From the NCBI GenBank assembly GCA_965228475.1, contig OZ245817.1:2624001-2688000 (forward strand): a stretch of DNA of 64,000 nucleotides, written 5' to 3'. Under the pieces are notes generated by a model, which saw nothing but the letters and a program-made list of their open reading frames with translations, was not told the DNA's origin and did no database searches. Below, one piece after another: positions 38,088 through 47,312 of this stretch; position 1 is the stretch's first letter; every line of letters starts with the position of its first letter. The stretch comes from Myxococcota bacterium (GTDB lineage Bacteria > Myxococcota_A > UBA9160 > JAFDDA01). The translations under genes were made by a program, and so were the position numbers.

Positions 38088-40766
38088 TCAGACGCGGAAG
38101 CGGTCGACCGCCTCGCGGAGCCGCTCGGCTTCGCCGCGCATGCCGCCGACCGCGACTTCCATGGCCTCGGCCAGGCCGCCGTGGGCCTGGGTGCGGGCCT
38201 CGAGTTCGCGGACCTCACCCTCGGCCGCGCCGCACGCGACCGACTGCTCGGACAGGGCGGCGCTGATCAGCTGGACGGCCTCACGGACCGCGTCGACGCC
38301 GTCGGCGATGCTCCCGGAGCCCTGGGCCTGCTCCCCGGCCACCGACTTCACCTTCGCAGCGATCTCCCGCATGACCTCGCTCGTGGCGAGAACGGCTTCG
38401 TTGCCCCGGTCCTGCTCCTGGCCCGCCCGCCGAATCTGGTCGACGCCCGCGCGCACGCGCTCCATCAAGGAAACGACGTGGCCCGCCGCCCGCGTCTGTT
38501 CGTTGACCGCGGTCACGATCTCACCGATCCGGCTCCCGCTCGATCGCGCGGCGTCGGTGATCGCGTCGAGAGCTTCGCCGGCATCGACCGCCTGGCGCAC
38601 GCCGCCTTCGACGGCCCGCGAACCGCGCTCGATCGCGCCGACGGCGTTGGCCGCCTCGTTCTGGACCGAGCGGATCACTCCCTCGATCTCCTTCGTGCTG
38701 GTGAGCACGCGGTCCGCGAGCTTCTTGATCTCATCGGCGACGACGGAGAAGGAGCGCCCGTTCTCGCCGGCCTGGGCCGCGATGATCGCAGCGTTCAGGG
38801 CGAGCAGGTTCGTCTCCTCGGCGACGTCGTCGATGACGTTGACGATCTCGCCGATCTCGTGGGTGCGGCGGCCGAGGTCGTTGATCACGCTGCGCGCCGT
38901 CTCGGTGGTCTCGCGGATCTCCTCCATCCCCTTCACCGTCTCGCGCACCTTCGAGCGGCCGCCTTCGGCCTGCTCCACCACGCCCTGGGACAACCGCGCC
39001 GTCTCGACGGCGTTGGCGTCGACCTCGCGCAGGGACGCCGCCATCTCCTCCATGCTGCTCGAGGTATCGACCGCCGCCCCCGAGAGGTGCTCGGCGTTGT
39101 CGAGCACGTCGCGTACGCTGCGGATCAGCTCGTCGATGGCGCTCGAGACCTCTTCGACCTTCTCGTTCAACAGGTTCGCACTCTCGTCGAGGTGCTGGCC
39201 CGAGCCGCGCATCTCGAGAATCGAACGGGAGCCGTCGTCCACGGCCGAGGTGAGCTGCTGGGCCGTCGCGGCGATCCCCTCCACCTGACCCGTCACGCCG
39301 AGCAGCGACGTCCGCAGGGTGTCGGCACCGGTGCGCTGTTCCTCGCTGGTGGTGAGCAGGTCCGCGCTGGCGGCGGCGATCTCGCCGGCCGCGGAATCGA
39401 CGCGATCGGCGGTGCCGCGGACGCCCACGATCATGGCGCCGAGGCTCCGGCCCATGTGCTCGAGACCGCTCGCGAGCTGCCCGAGTTCGTCCTCCCGCAG
39501 CACCGGATCTCCGGCCCGGAGGTCGCCCGAGGCGAGACGCGCGGTCTCCGCGCCGAGCTTGCCGACGGCCCGCTCCATGTCGGACGCCAGCATCCAGGCG
39601 ATCGCCAGGGTCGCGAGCAGGACGAAGGCGAGAAAGAAGCCGACCGCGCCGGACCAGCCCGGCACGAAGGCGCCGTAGGTCTCGGCCCGGGAGATCGCGA
39701 GGGCGAGCCGGCCGTCCGCGAGCGCGCGCCAGGCGAAGTGGTTCGGCGAGTCGAGCCCCCGGCTGTCGCCTCGCTCGAGGCCCGTCTGCCTCAACCACTC
39801 GACCTCGAAGGGCAGCAGCAGGCCGTCGAGCGCCGAGAACCCGGCATTCCCCGCCGGGTCGACGAAGACGATCCGATCGACGAGCCCGAGACGCTTTGCG
39901 ACGTCCCGCGTCACCTGCTCCTCGCTGCGGAAGGGCGCCGGCTCTTCCGCCACCTCGGCGTCGGCATTCTCCTCGACCGCTTCCGCGACCGGCTCGAACG
40001 CCGCCAAGGCCGCGGCGTCCTCGGCGACCCCGTCGAGAACGCGCGCGCCGAGCTGGGTGGCCGCTGCCTCGGCGGTTCGAACGCCCCGCACGTGGGCCAG
40101 CGTCACGCCGTAGAGCATGCTCACGAGGAGCGCGCCCGTGACCCCGACGAGGAGCTTCGCTCGCAGCGGCAGCGGCTGGATCCGCTCGCGGGCGGCGTCG
40201 AGGTCGGGCAGTTCCCGGGCGAGCGAGTCGAGCAGCGGCCGGAAGAACGCCTTCAGCAGGAAGAAGAGCAACGCGGCGTACACGAAGGCGCCGGCCAGGT
40301 TGCCGACCATGCGGATCGCGAGCTGGCCGACCGGGAACATCTCCGGTGCGGACCAGTGGCGATACACCTGGAGCTCGAAGCCGACGAGCACGAACCATCC
40401 GAAGGAGCGCAGGGCCCAGAAGCGGGGCGCGTTGACGACGCGTTCGAAGCCTCGTTCCAACGTGGCGAGATCGACCGGCTCGGCACGCCGCGCCGGGTCG
40501 ATGGCGAGCACGTCCCGGAAGAATCCGGCGTAGAGCCAGAGCACGAGCGCGATGTGGAGGACGGCGAATCCGACGAGGAGCGCCGAACCCTCGGTCACGT
40601 CGCCGGAGCGCGAGAGCGCGTTCACCGAGAGCAGCGTGACGTTCCCCGATGCCACCGCCAGGAGCGTTCCGGGCACGACCGTCCGGACCACCGTCTGTCG
40701 TGCGGTCACGGGCGGCGCGACCTCGTCGCGGGGCGGCGCGTTCTCGGTGCGTTCGGCGTCGGACAT
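38088..40766 (-). CDS. Methyl-accepting chemotaxis protein (multi-TM, HAMP, extended signalling domain)
   Basis: [13 protein letters not shown], hairpin tip [49 protein letters not shown]. Confidence 0.93.
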   Translation of the reverse strand: MSDAERTENAPPRDEVAPPVTARQTVVRTVVPGTLLAVASGNVTLLSVNALSRSGDVTEGSALLVGFAVLHIALVLWLYAGFFRDVLAIDPARRAEPVDLATLERGFERVVNAPRFWALRSFGWFVLVGFELQVYRHWSAPEMFPVGQLAIRMVGNLAGAFVYAALLFFLLKAFFRPLLDSLARELPDLDAARERIQPLPLRAKLLVGVTGALLVSMLYGVTLAHVRGVRTAEAAATQLGARVLDGVAEDAAALAAFEPVAEAVEENADAEVAEEPAPFRSEEQVTRDVAKRLGLVDRIVFVDPAGNAGFSALDGLLLPFEVEWLRQTGLERGDSRGLDSPNHFAWRALADGRLALAISRAETYGAFVPGWSGAVGFFLAFVLLATLAIAWMLASDMERAVGKLGAETARLASGDLRAGDPVLREDELGQLASGLEHMGRSLGAMIVGVRGTADRVDSAAGEIAAASADLLTTSEEQRTGADTLRTSLLGVTGQVEGIAATAQQLTSAVDDGSRSILEMRGSGQHLDESANLLNEKVEEVSSAIDELIRSVRDVLDNAEHLSGAAVDTSSSMEEMAASLREVDANAVETARLSQGVVEQAEGGRSKVRETVKGMEEIRETTETARSVINDLGRRTHEIGEIVNVIDDVAEETNLLALNAAIIAAQAGENGRSFSVVADEIKKLADRVLTSTKEIEGVIRSVQNEAANAVGAIERGSRAVEGGVRQAVDAGEALDAITDAARSSGSRIGEIVTAVNEQTRAAGHVVSLMERVRAGVDQIRRAGQEQDRGNEAVLATSEVMREIAAKVKSVAGEQAQGSGSIADGVDAVREAVQLISAALSEQSVACGAAEGEVRELEARTQAHGGLAEAMEVAVGGMRGEAERLREAVDRFRV

Positions 40767-40798
40767 GCGCTCCTCACGGGCCCGGGGCCCCGCTCCCT

Positions 40799-40826
40799 GA
40801 ATCGGCCGGTTTCAGCTCCGAGTTGA
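40799..40826 (-). promoter_or_regulatory. Sigma28 (FliA)-like promoter for MCP
   Basis: Minus strand TCAA-N16-GCCGATTC about 30 nt upstream of the MCP start; spacer one nt longer than canonical. Confidence 0.45.
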
Positions 40827-40906
40827 GGCGCAGGAGCGCCGGCCAACCCCGCCGCGCCACGAGTGGTTTTCGCAACGTTCAATCTGAAGCGGCCCCATCG
40901 CTCCTT

Positions 40907-40933
40907 TCAAGGATGCCGCTCGGCTGCCGATGG
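40907..40933 (+). promoter_or_regulatory. Sigma28 (FliA)-like promoter for DegT fusion gene
   Basis: TCAA-N15-GCCGATGG, canonical spacing, 45 nt upstream of ATG 40979. Confidence 0.55.
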
Positions 40934-40978
40934 AAGAGCCGCAGCCGCGAACCTGCCCGCGACGAAGAGAGCCACCCC

Positions 40979-42970
40979 ATGACGACATCCGCCTGGCAGC
41001 CGGTCCCCCTTTCCGGCCGGCACCGCCCGTCGGTCTACCCGACGCCGGTCTCGTACTTCGCCGAACGCGTGCGGCGCCAGCAGTTCTTCGCCTTCGCGCG
41101 GGCGGGACGCTCCTTCTGGGATGCCTGGCTTCGCCTGCCCAAGGGAACCGCCGCTTCGCTGAGCCCGCACGGCGAGCTGCTGCACGATCTGATCGCGCAG
41201 CTCTCCCTCGCATCGGAAGCCGACCCGAACCGCTTCGTCGCCACCAGCCATCTCCCCTACCCCGAAGCCGATCGCCACCGCGCCGAAGAGCGCGGCGACG
41301 CCGCGGTCCTCACGGCCATCGAGGAGACCCTGCCTCGCGGGTTCGTCGCCCAGGACGCCCAGCTCTGGATGCGGGGAACGATCGACGGCAGCATCCGTGC
41401 GCTCTACGAGGCCCTGCGCCCCTGGAACGTCGTGGCCGTGGGCCCCGAGTGGCTGATCGAGGTCGGCGGACGCCTCAAGCTCCCGCGCTTCGGGCTCACC
41501 CCGGTCTCCGCGAAGACCGACGTGGCCGAACGCGAAGCCCTGGCCGCCCGCATCGAGCGCGAGCACGCCTCCTTCCATGGCGCGCCGGTCGCGTACCTGT
41601 TCCACGCGGGGCTGCTCTCGCCGTGGCTCACCCTCGAGCTCCACGGCCGCCTGCGAAACGCCTTCCTGATCGATCTCGGATCCGCGCTCGACGTCTGCGA
41701 CCCGGCGCGCGCGCAGCAGGCGCCCTGGGGGCGGCTGCACTGGAACCACATCGCGCAGCACCTCGGCTTCGAAGAGCTCACCGCGCGGCACGGCCGCACG
41801 CTCGTCCGCCCTCGGACCATCACGGCCCGCACGGCGCCGGCGCCCGCTCGCACGAAACGGTCGGCCGCCAAGCCCGCCGTCGATCGACGGGGCCCGGTCG
41901 CCTTCGTCGAGAAGAAGGCCGTCGACTTCGGGTTCGTCGAAGGCGCGCTCGGCGCTTCGAAGGAACGCAACCACTGGACGAACTTCGGGCCCGCCTCCGA
42001 GCGCCTCGAAGAGGAGCTCGGCCGGATGCTCGGCCTGCCCTCGTCGCGCCGCGCGGTCGTCTGCGCTTCCGGGACCGCCGCCCTCTTCGGACTCGCGGCG
42101 CTCGCCCAGTATCGGGCCGGCCGGCCCCTCCGGTGGGTCACCTCCGCTTTCGGGTTCCATCCCGCCCGGCAGGGTCCGTTCTCGGAAGCCCGCCTCGTCG
42201 ATTGCGACGCGCGGGCCATGCTCGATCTACGCGCCCTCGAGCGCCTCCCGGAGGACGCCTGGGACGCCGTCCTCGTGACGAACACCTTCGGAGCCCTCGA
42301 AGACCCGGCGCCCTACCAGCGGCTGTGCCGCGAGCGCGGCAAGGTGCTGCTCCTCGACTCGGCCCTCGGCCTCGATGCGCACTACCGCAAGCAGCGGTAC
42401 CCGACCGACGAGATTGTGAGCTTCCATCACACGAAGCCCTGGGGCATGGGCGAAGGCGGTTGCGCCATCGTCGACGCCGCCGACGCCGACGTCCTGCGCT
42501 CGATCTTCAACTTCGGCACCTACCGCGGCCATGCCACGGGCGCCCTCTCGTTCAACGGCAAGATCTCGGACTTCGCCTGCGCCTTCATCCAGCAGCGGCT
42601 GCGGGACTTCGAAGCGCTCTCGCCGCGCTACCACCTCCAGCACGCGCGGATCGCCACGATCGCGCGGCGCCTCGGCTACGAGGTGCTCGGCGGCATCGAT
42701 CGCCGGCGCCAGGCGACGCCCGCCCACGTCCCGCTCCTCGCCCCCCACCCGGTGGGGGAGAAACCGCTCGAGAATCGCTGCGTAACCCTTCGGAAGTACT
42801 ACGAACCTCTCGAGCGCGGACATGCCACGGCCGACGACCTCTACGCGCGCATCGTGAACGTCCCGTGCCACCCGGGGCTCGAAGCGCTCAGCGAAGGGGC
42901 GCTGCGCGATTGCCTGGCGGCGCTGCTCTCGGAGTCACGCCCGGGCCGGCGCTCCTCTTCGTCCGGCTGA
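40979..42970 (+). CDS. Fusion protein: unknown N-terminal domain (possibly GT-D-fold-like) + DegT/DnrJ/EryC1/StrS PLP-dependent sugar aminotransferase
   Basis: C-half: WTNFGP..RLEE, ASGTAAL, LLLDSA, SFHHTKPWGMGEGG (PLP Lys), NGKISD. N-half ends YLFHAG...FLIDLGSALD. Confidence 0.8.
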   Translation: MTTSAWQPVPLSGRHRPSVYPTPVSYFAERVRRQQFFAFARAGRSFWDAWLRLPKGTAASLSPHGELLHDLIAQLSLASEADPNRFVATSHLPYPEADRHRAEERGDAAVLTAIEETLPRGFVAQDAQLWMRGTIDGSIRALYEALRPWNVVAVGPEWLIEVGGRLKLPRFGLTPVSAKTDVAEREALAARIEREHASFHGAPVAYLFHAGLLSPWLTLELHGRLRNAFLIDLGSALDVCDPARAQQAPWGRLHWNHIAQHLGFEELTARHGRTLVRPRTITARTAPAPARTKRSAAKPAVDRRGPVAFVEKKAVDFGFVEGALGASKERNHWTNFGPASERLEEELGRMLGLPSSRRAVVCASGTAALFGLAALAQYRAGRPLRWVTSAFGFHPARQGPFSEARLVDCDARAMLDLRALERLPEDAWDAVLVTNTFGALEDPAPYQRLCRERGKVLLLDSALGLDAHYRKQRYPTDEIVSFHHTKPWGMGEGGCAIVDAADADVLRSIFNFGTYRGHATGALSFNGKISDFACAFIQQRLRDFEALSPRYHLQHARIATIARRLGYEVLGGIDRRRQATPAHVPLLAPHPVGEKPLENRCVTLRKYYEPLERGHATADDLYARIVNVPCHPGLEALSEGALRDCLAALLSESRPGRRSSSSG

Positions 42971-42997
42971 ACGCGCGCGGTCGAGGCCCCTCGCGGG

Positions 42998-43828
42998 TTA
43001 GCCGCCGCCGCCGAGCACGTCCCCGCAGATACGGCAGAAGCGTGCATCGCCGTCGTGACCGTCGGCGCCGCAGCTCGGACACGTGCGATGGCGCCGCGCG
43101 GAGTAGGCCATCTCCGCAGACACGATCCCCGTCGGCACGGCGATGATGCTGTAGCCGATCAACATGACGGCGCCGGCCAGGATCTGGCCGAGCGTCGTCT
43201 CGGGCGCGATGTCCCCGTACCCGACCGTCGTCATGGTCACGATCGCCCAGTAGAAGGCGCGCGGGATGCTGGTGAAGCCGTGCTCGGGCCCCTCGATCAG
43301 ATACATCAGCGTGGCCACGATCGTGACGAGCACGAGCACCGTCCCGAGGAAGACGGTGATCTTGTAGCCGCTCGAGCGCAGGGACGTGACGAGCACGTTG
43401 GCCTCACCGAGGTAGCGGGAGAGCTTCAGGACCCGGAACACGCGGAGCAGGCGCAGGGCGCGGATCACGAGGAGCGACTGCGTCCCCGGCAGGAAGAGGC
43501 TCAGGTAGGTCGGCAGGACCGAGAGCAGGTCGACCACGCCGAAGAAGCTGCGCGCATAGTTGAGGCGGCTGCGCGCGACCCAGAGACGCAGGCCGTACTC
43601 GATCGTGAACACGCCCGTGAACATCCACTCGAGCGCCACGAGCAGCGGCCCGTGCTCCTCACGGATCCACTGGACGGTCTCGAGCATCACGAGCAGGACG
43701 CTCGAGAGGATCAGGAAGAGCAGCGCCACGTCGAAGGCGCGGCCCGAGCGGGTCTCGTAGCCGAAGATCACCCGCCCGATGTACTCGCGGCGGCTCTCCT
43801 CGCGCTCTTCCGGCTCCTCGCTGGCCAT
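42998..43828 (-). CDS. Voltage-gated potassium channel / ion transporter
   Basis: S4-like IRALRLLRVFRVLKL, selectivity filter TMTTVGYGD, C-terminal CPSCG...ARFCRICG. Confidence 0.92.
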   Translation of the reverse strand: MASEEPEEREESRREYIGRVIFGYETRSGRAFDVALLFLILSSVLLVMLETVQWIREEHGPLLVALEWMFTGVFTIEYGLRLWVARSRLNYARSFFGVVDLLSVLPTYLSLFLPGTQSLLVIRALRLLRVFRVLKLSRYLGEANVLVTSLRSSGYKITVFLGTVLVLVTIVATLMYLIEGPEHGFTSIPRAFYWAIVTMTTVGYGDIAPETTLGQILAGAVMLIGYSIIAVPTGIVSAEMAYSARRHRTCPSCGADGHDGDARFCRICGDVLGGGG

Positions 43829-43836
43829 GGCCCGAT

Positions 43837-43884
43837 CCTAGGGAATCAAGAGCACGCGGCCCTAGGGAATCAAGAGCACGCGGC
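43837..43884. repeat. Perfect 24-bp tandem duplication
   Basis: CCTAGGGAATCAAGAGCACGCGGC at 43837-43860 and 43861-43884; duplicates the 3' end and stop of the oxidoreductase gene. Confidence 0.95.
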
Positions 43885-44831
43885 CGAAGGCTTTCCGGCT
43901 CTCGATGTAGCGGTGCGCCTCGGCGGCCTCGGAGAGCGGGAGCTTTCGATCGATCACGATCTCGAGGGCTCCGCTCGCGACGTCGGCGATGTGGCGGGCC
44001 ACCATGGGATGCACGCGCTCGGGGTGGGTCATGAGCTCCGCGCCGAAGAAGATGCCGACCAGCGTCTTGTTGGTCGGACGCAGGAGGGTCACGTCCGGGC
44101 GGTGCTCGTCGCGCGCGGCCCCGCCGACGGTCGTGATCCGTCCCCGGTAGCCGGCAGCCTCGATGCTCTTCTCGAGGATCTCGCCGCCCAGGGAATCGAC
44201 GACCAGATCGACGCCGCGGCCGCCGGTGATCTCGCGCACGGCATCGACGAAATCGACCTCGCGGTAGTTGATGCCGTGATCGAGGCCGAGGCCCTTCAGG
44301 CGCCCGAGCTTCTCGTCGCTCGAAGCGGTGGCGAGGACGGTCGCACCGGCCCGCTTCGCGAGCTGGATCGCCCGCCATCCCGACGCCGCCCGCCCCGGCC
44401 TGGACGAGCACCGTCTCGCCGGCCTGGAGGCGCCCGAACTCGAACAGACAATCGTCGGCGGTGCCGACCGGGATCGGCACGCAGGCCGCCGCTTCGAGGT
44501 CGACGTCCTCTCCGACCACCCAGGTCGAACCCGCCGGTACGGCCCGGAGCGCCGCGTGGGAGCCGTGAAGGTTGATGCAGACGACGCGCTGCCCGGGTTC
44601 GCGGTCGGTCACGCCCTCGCCGACCTCGCGCACGATCCCGGCGCACTGGTAGCCGACGATGTGCGGCTTCGCGGCCATCAGCCCGCCCGCGCGGTTCAGG
44701 ACGTCGCCGCCTTCGATGCTGATCGCCTTCACCTCGATCAGCACGCCGCCGGGCGGACACACCGGATCCGGAACGTCCTCGTAGCGGAACACGTCCGGCG
44801 CGCCGGTCTCGTAGTAGACTGCTGCCTTCAT
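43862..44831 (-). pseudogene. NADPH:quinone oxidoreductase (zeta-crystallin/MDR family), frameshifted
   Basis: N-half MKAAVY...AGAGGVGMA and C-half AIQLAKRAGATVLATASS...GRGVDLVVD...FGRVLLIP are in different frames; one extra G near 44371-44373. Real lesion or sequencing error. Confidence 0.75.
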
Positions 44832-44881
44832 GGCGCGCAGGGTATCAGAGCCCGAGCGCCACTCGCCCGCATGGAGAGCCC

Positions 44882-45586
44882 GTGATCGACCTCTACTACT
44901 GGCCCACCCCGAACGGCTGGAAGGCCTCGATCGCCCTCGAGGAGATGGAGTTCCCCTACCGCGTCGTGCCCGTGAACATCGGCCGCGGCGAGCAGTTCGC
45001 TCCCGAGTTCCTGGCGATCAGCCCGAACAACCGCATGCCGGCGATCGTCGACCACGAACCGGGCGACGGCGGGGAGCCCCTGGCCGTCTTCGAGTCCGGC
45101 GCGATCCTCGTCTACCTGGCCGAGAAGTCGGGCCGCTTCCTTCCCGCGGACGTGCGCGGCCGGAGTGACGTCCTGCAGTGGGTGATGTGGCAGATGGGCG
45201 GCCTCGGCCCGATGCTCGGCCAGCACGGCCACTTCAAGCTCTACGCGCCCGAGAAGGTCCCGTACGCCATCGAGCGCTATCGCAACGAAGCCGAGCGGCT
45301 CTACGGCGTGCTCGACCGCCGCCTCGCCGGACGCGAGTTCATCTGCGACGAGTACAGCATCGCCGACATGATGAGCTGGCCCTGGGTGATCACCTACAAG
45401 AGCCAGGGTCTCGACCTCGACGCCTTCCCGAACGTGCGGCGCTGGTACGACGCCCTGAAGCAGCGCCCGGCCCTGCGCCGCGGCTACGACGTCGGCAAGG
45501 ACACCCGCGGGCCGACCTTCGAGGGTGGACCCGACGAGGAAGCCCGCAAGCACCTGTTCCGGAAGACGCCCGGGCGCGAGAGCTAG
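44882..45586 (+). CDS. Glutathione S-transferase family disulfide-bond oxidoreductase (YfcG/YghU-like)
   Basis: LYYWPTPNGWK, ISPNNRMPAIVD, FESGAILVYLAEK, WQMGGLGPMLGQ, YSIADM. Confidence 0.92.
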   Translation: MIDLYYWPTPNGWKASIALEEMEFPYRVVPVNIGRGEQFAPEFLAISPNNRMPAIVDHEPGDGGEPLAVFESGAILVYLAEKSGRFLPADVRGRSDVLQWVMWQMGGLGPMLGQHGHFKLYAPEKVPYAIERYRNEAERLYGVLDRRLAGREFICDEYSIADMMSWPWVITYKSQGLDLDAFPNVRRWYDALKQRPALRRGYDVGKDTRGPTFEGGPDEEARKHLFRKTPGRES

Positions 45587-46557
45587 AGACCTTCGAGGAA
45601 CTCGAGCAGGGCCTGGTTCGTGCCCTCGGGGTTTTCCTGCTGGTTCCAGTGGCCGGCGCCCTCGACCATCACGGTGCCGCGCAGGTCGGGGACGAAACTC
45701 GGCATCGCGGCGAGCATGGGGTTGCCCGGGCCGCCCGGCGGGCCGGTCACCACGAGGTCCTTGGCGCCGCCGACGAAGAGCGCCGGGATCTCGACCTTGC
45801 CGCCGAGCCAGGCGCCCATCAGCTCCCAGTTGCGGTCGAGGTTCCGGTAGTAGTTCAGGCCCCCGCGGAACCCGGTTCGCTCGAAGGCTTCGACGTAGAC
45901 GTCGAGATCCGCCTCGGGGAGCCAGCCGGGGAACTTCTCCGGGTCGATCATCGGATCCAGGAAGCCCGAGCTCTTCGGCAGGTTCATGTCGAAGACGTGA
46001 TCCTCCGGGAGCGACCCCGAGGCGGTGTAGTAGATCTTGCGCAGCGCCATACGGACGTCGGCCTCGAACTCCGCTTCGGCCTTGCCGGGCTCCTGGAAGT
46101 AGAGGATGTAGACGAAGCGGTCGCCGGCCATGGCCTTCATCATCTGTGTCGGCGGAAGCGGCATGCGCGGGACGAACGGAACGCTCATGCCGCAGACGCC
46201 GCGGAAGCGGGCCGGCCGGATCTGGGCCGCGCCCCAGGCGATGATCGAACCCCAGTCATGGCCGACGACGACCGCCTGCTCTTCCCGGTAGTGGTCGACG
46301 AGGCCGACCAGATCGCCCACGAGGTGGAAGATCGTGTAGGCATCGATCGCTTCGGGCAGGGCGCTCTTGCCGTAGCCACGCATGTCGGGCGCCACCGCGC
46401 GGTAGCCCGCGTCCGCCAGCGCCACGAGCTGGTGCCGCCAGGAGTGCGCGAGCTCGGGCCAGCCGTGCACGAGCAGGACGAGCGGCCCCTCCCCCGCCTC
46501 GAGCACGTTCAACGAAATCCCGTTGGTGGTGACGGTCTTCTCCTGGATCTCGGACAT
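45583..46557 (-). CDS. Soluble epoxide hydrolase (alpha/beta fold, EphA-like)
   Basis: HGWPE, PDMRGYG, nucleophile GHDWG, YILYFQ, LNYYRN, GAGHWNQQE. Confidence 0.92.
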   Translation of the reverse strand: MSEIQEKTVTTNGISLNVLEAGEGPLVLLVHGWPELAHSWRHQLVALADAGYRAVAPDMRGYGKSALPEAIDAYTIFHLVGDLVGLVDHYREEQAVVVGHDWGSIIAWGAAQIRPARFRGVCGMSVPFVPRMPLPPTQMMKAMAGDRFVYILYFQEPGKAEAEFEADVRMALRKIYYTASGSLPEDHVFDMNLPKSSGFLDPMIDPEKFPGWLPEADLDVYVEAFERTGFRGGLNYYRNLDRNWELMGAWLGGKVEIPALFVGGAKDLVVTGPPGGPGNPMLAAMPSFVPDLRGTVMVEGAGHWNQQENPEGTNQALLEFLEGL

Positions 46558-46579
46558 GGGGCCTCCGGGGCGCTGGAAG

Positions 46580-46593
46580 TAGACTCCAGTCTA
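46580..46593. promoter_or_regulatory. Palindromic operator between epoxide hydrolase and tetR
   Basis: TAGACT-CC-AGTCTA in an AT-richer divergent intergenic region. Confidence 0.5.
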
Positions 46594-46631
46594 GTCTTAG
46601 ATTAAGCTCCAGGCACCCCTTGGGAGGAGCC

Positions 46632-47312
46632 GTGGGAGCCACCGAACCCACCCAAACGGCCGAGCTGGCCCTCGAACCCGGGTCCGAGCGCGAACCCGAG
46701 CCGACCCGCCGCGAGCGGAAGAAGGCCCGGACGCGGCAGGAGATCTACCGGGCGGCCATGGCGCTCTTCGAGCACCGGGGCTTCGACGCCGTCACCGTGG
46801 AGGCCATCTGTGAGGCGGCGGACGTCGCGCGCGGCACCTTCTTCGCCCACTTCCCGACGAAGGCCGCCCTGCTCTACGAGTTCAGCAACCAGGTCGCGGC
46901 AGACTACGAGGCCAGCCGGGCCGAGGAGCCCGCGAGCGCCCGCGAGGAGCTCTCGAGCCTCGTCGACCTCATGATCGGGCGGCTCGTCGCCCACGCGGGC
47001 GTCACGAGCGCAATGGTCCGCGAGTTCTTCGCGAACCCCCAGGCCATCGCCGTTGCCCACGCCCACGGCCGCGACTTCCCGGACCTGATCGAGACCATCG
47101 TGCGCCGCGGCCAGGCCCGCGGCGAATTCCGCCGCAGCGTCGACCCGCGCCTGGCCGCAGCCGTGCTGCTCTCGACGGCGGGCGCGATCCTCTCCGGCAA
47201 CGTCTTCCCCGAGGGCGAGCTCTCGGTGGACGAGATCCGCAACCAGTTCTTCGACGTGGTCTTCGGCGGCCTGCTCGCCGCCGGGCCCACGAACCCAGGA
47301 GCCCCGAAATGA
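46632..47312 (+). CDS. TetR/AcrR family transcriptional regulator
   Basis: GGAGGAG upstream; RRERKKARTRQEIYRAAMALF...VARGTFFAHFPTK; exact start uncertain. Confidence 0.9.
   Translation: MGATEPTQTAELALEPGSEREPEPTRRERKKARTRQEIYRAAMALFEHRGFDAVTVEAICEAADVARGTFFAHFPTKAALLYEFSNQVAADYEASRAEEPASAREELSSLVDLMIGRLVAHAGVTSAMVREFFANPQAIAVAHAHGRDFPDLIETIVRRGQARGEFRRSVDPRLAAAVLLSTAGAILSGNVFPEGELSVDEIRNQFFDVVFGGLLAAGPTNPGAPK

Noticed and set aside
43659..44370. C-terminal part of the 390-aa ORF 43659..44831 as a novel domain
   Set aside because: It is the out-of-frame read-through after the +1 frameshift in the quinone oxidoreductase.
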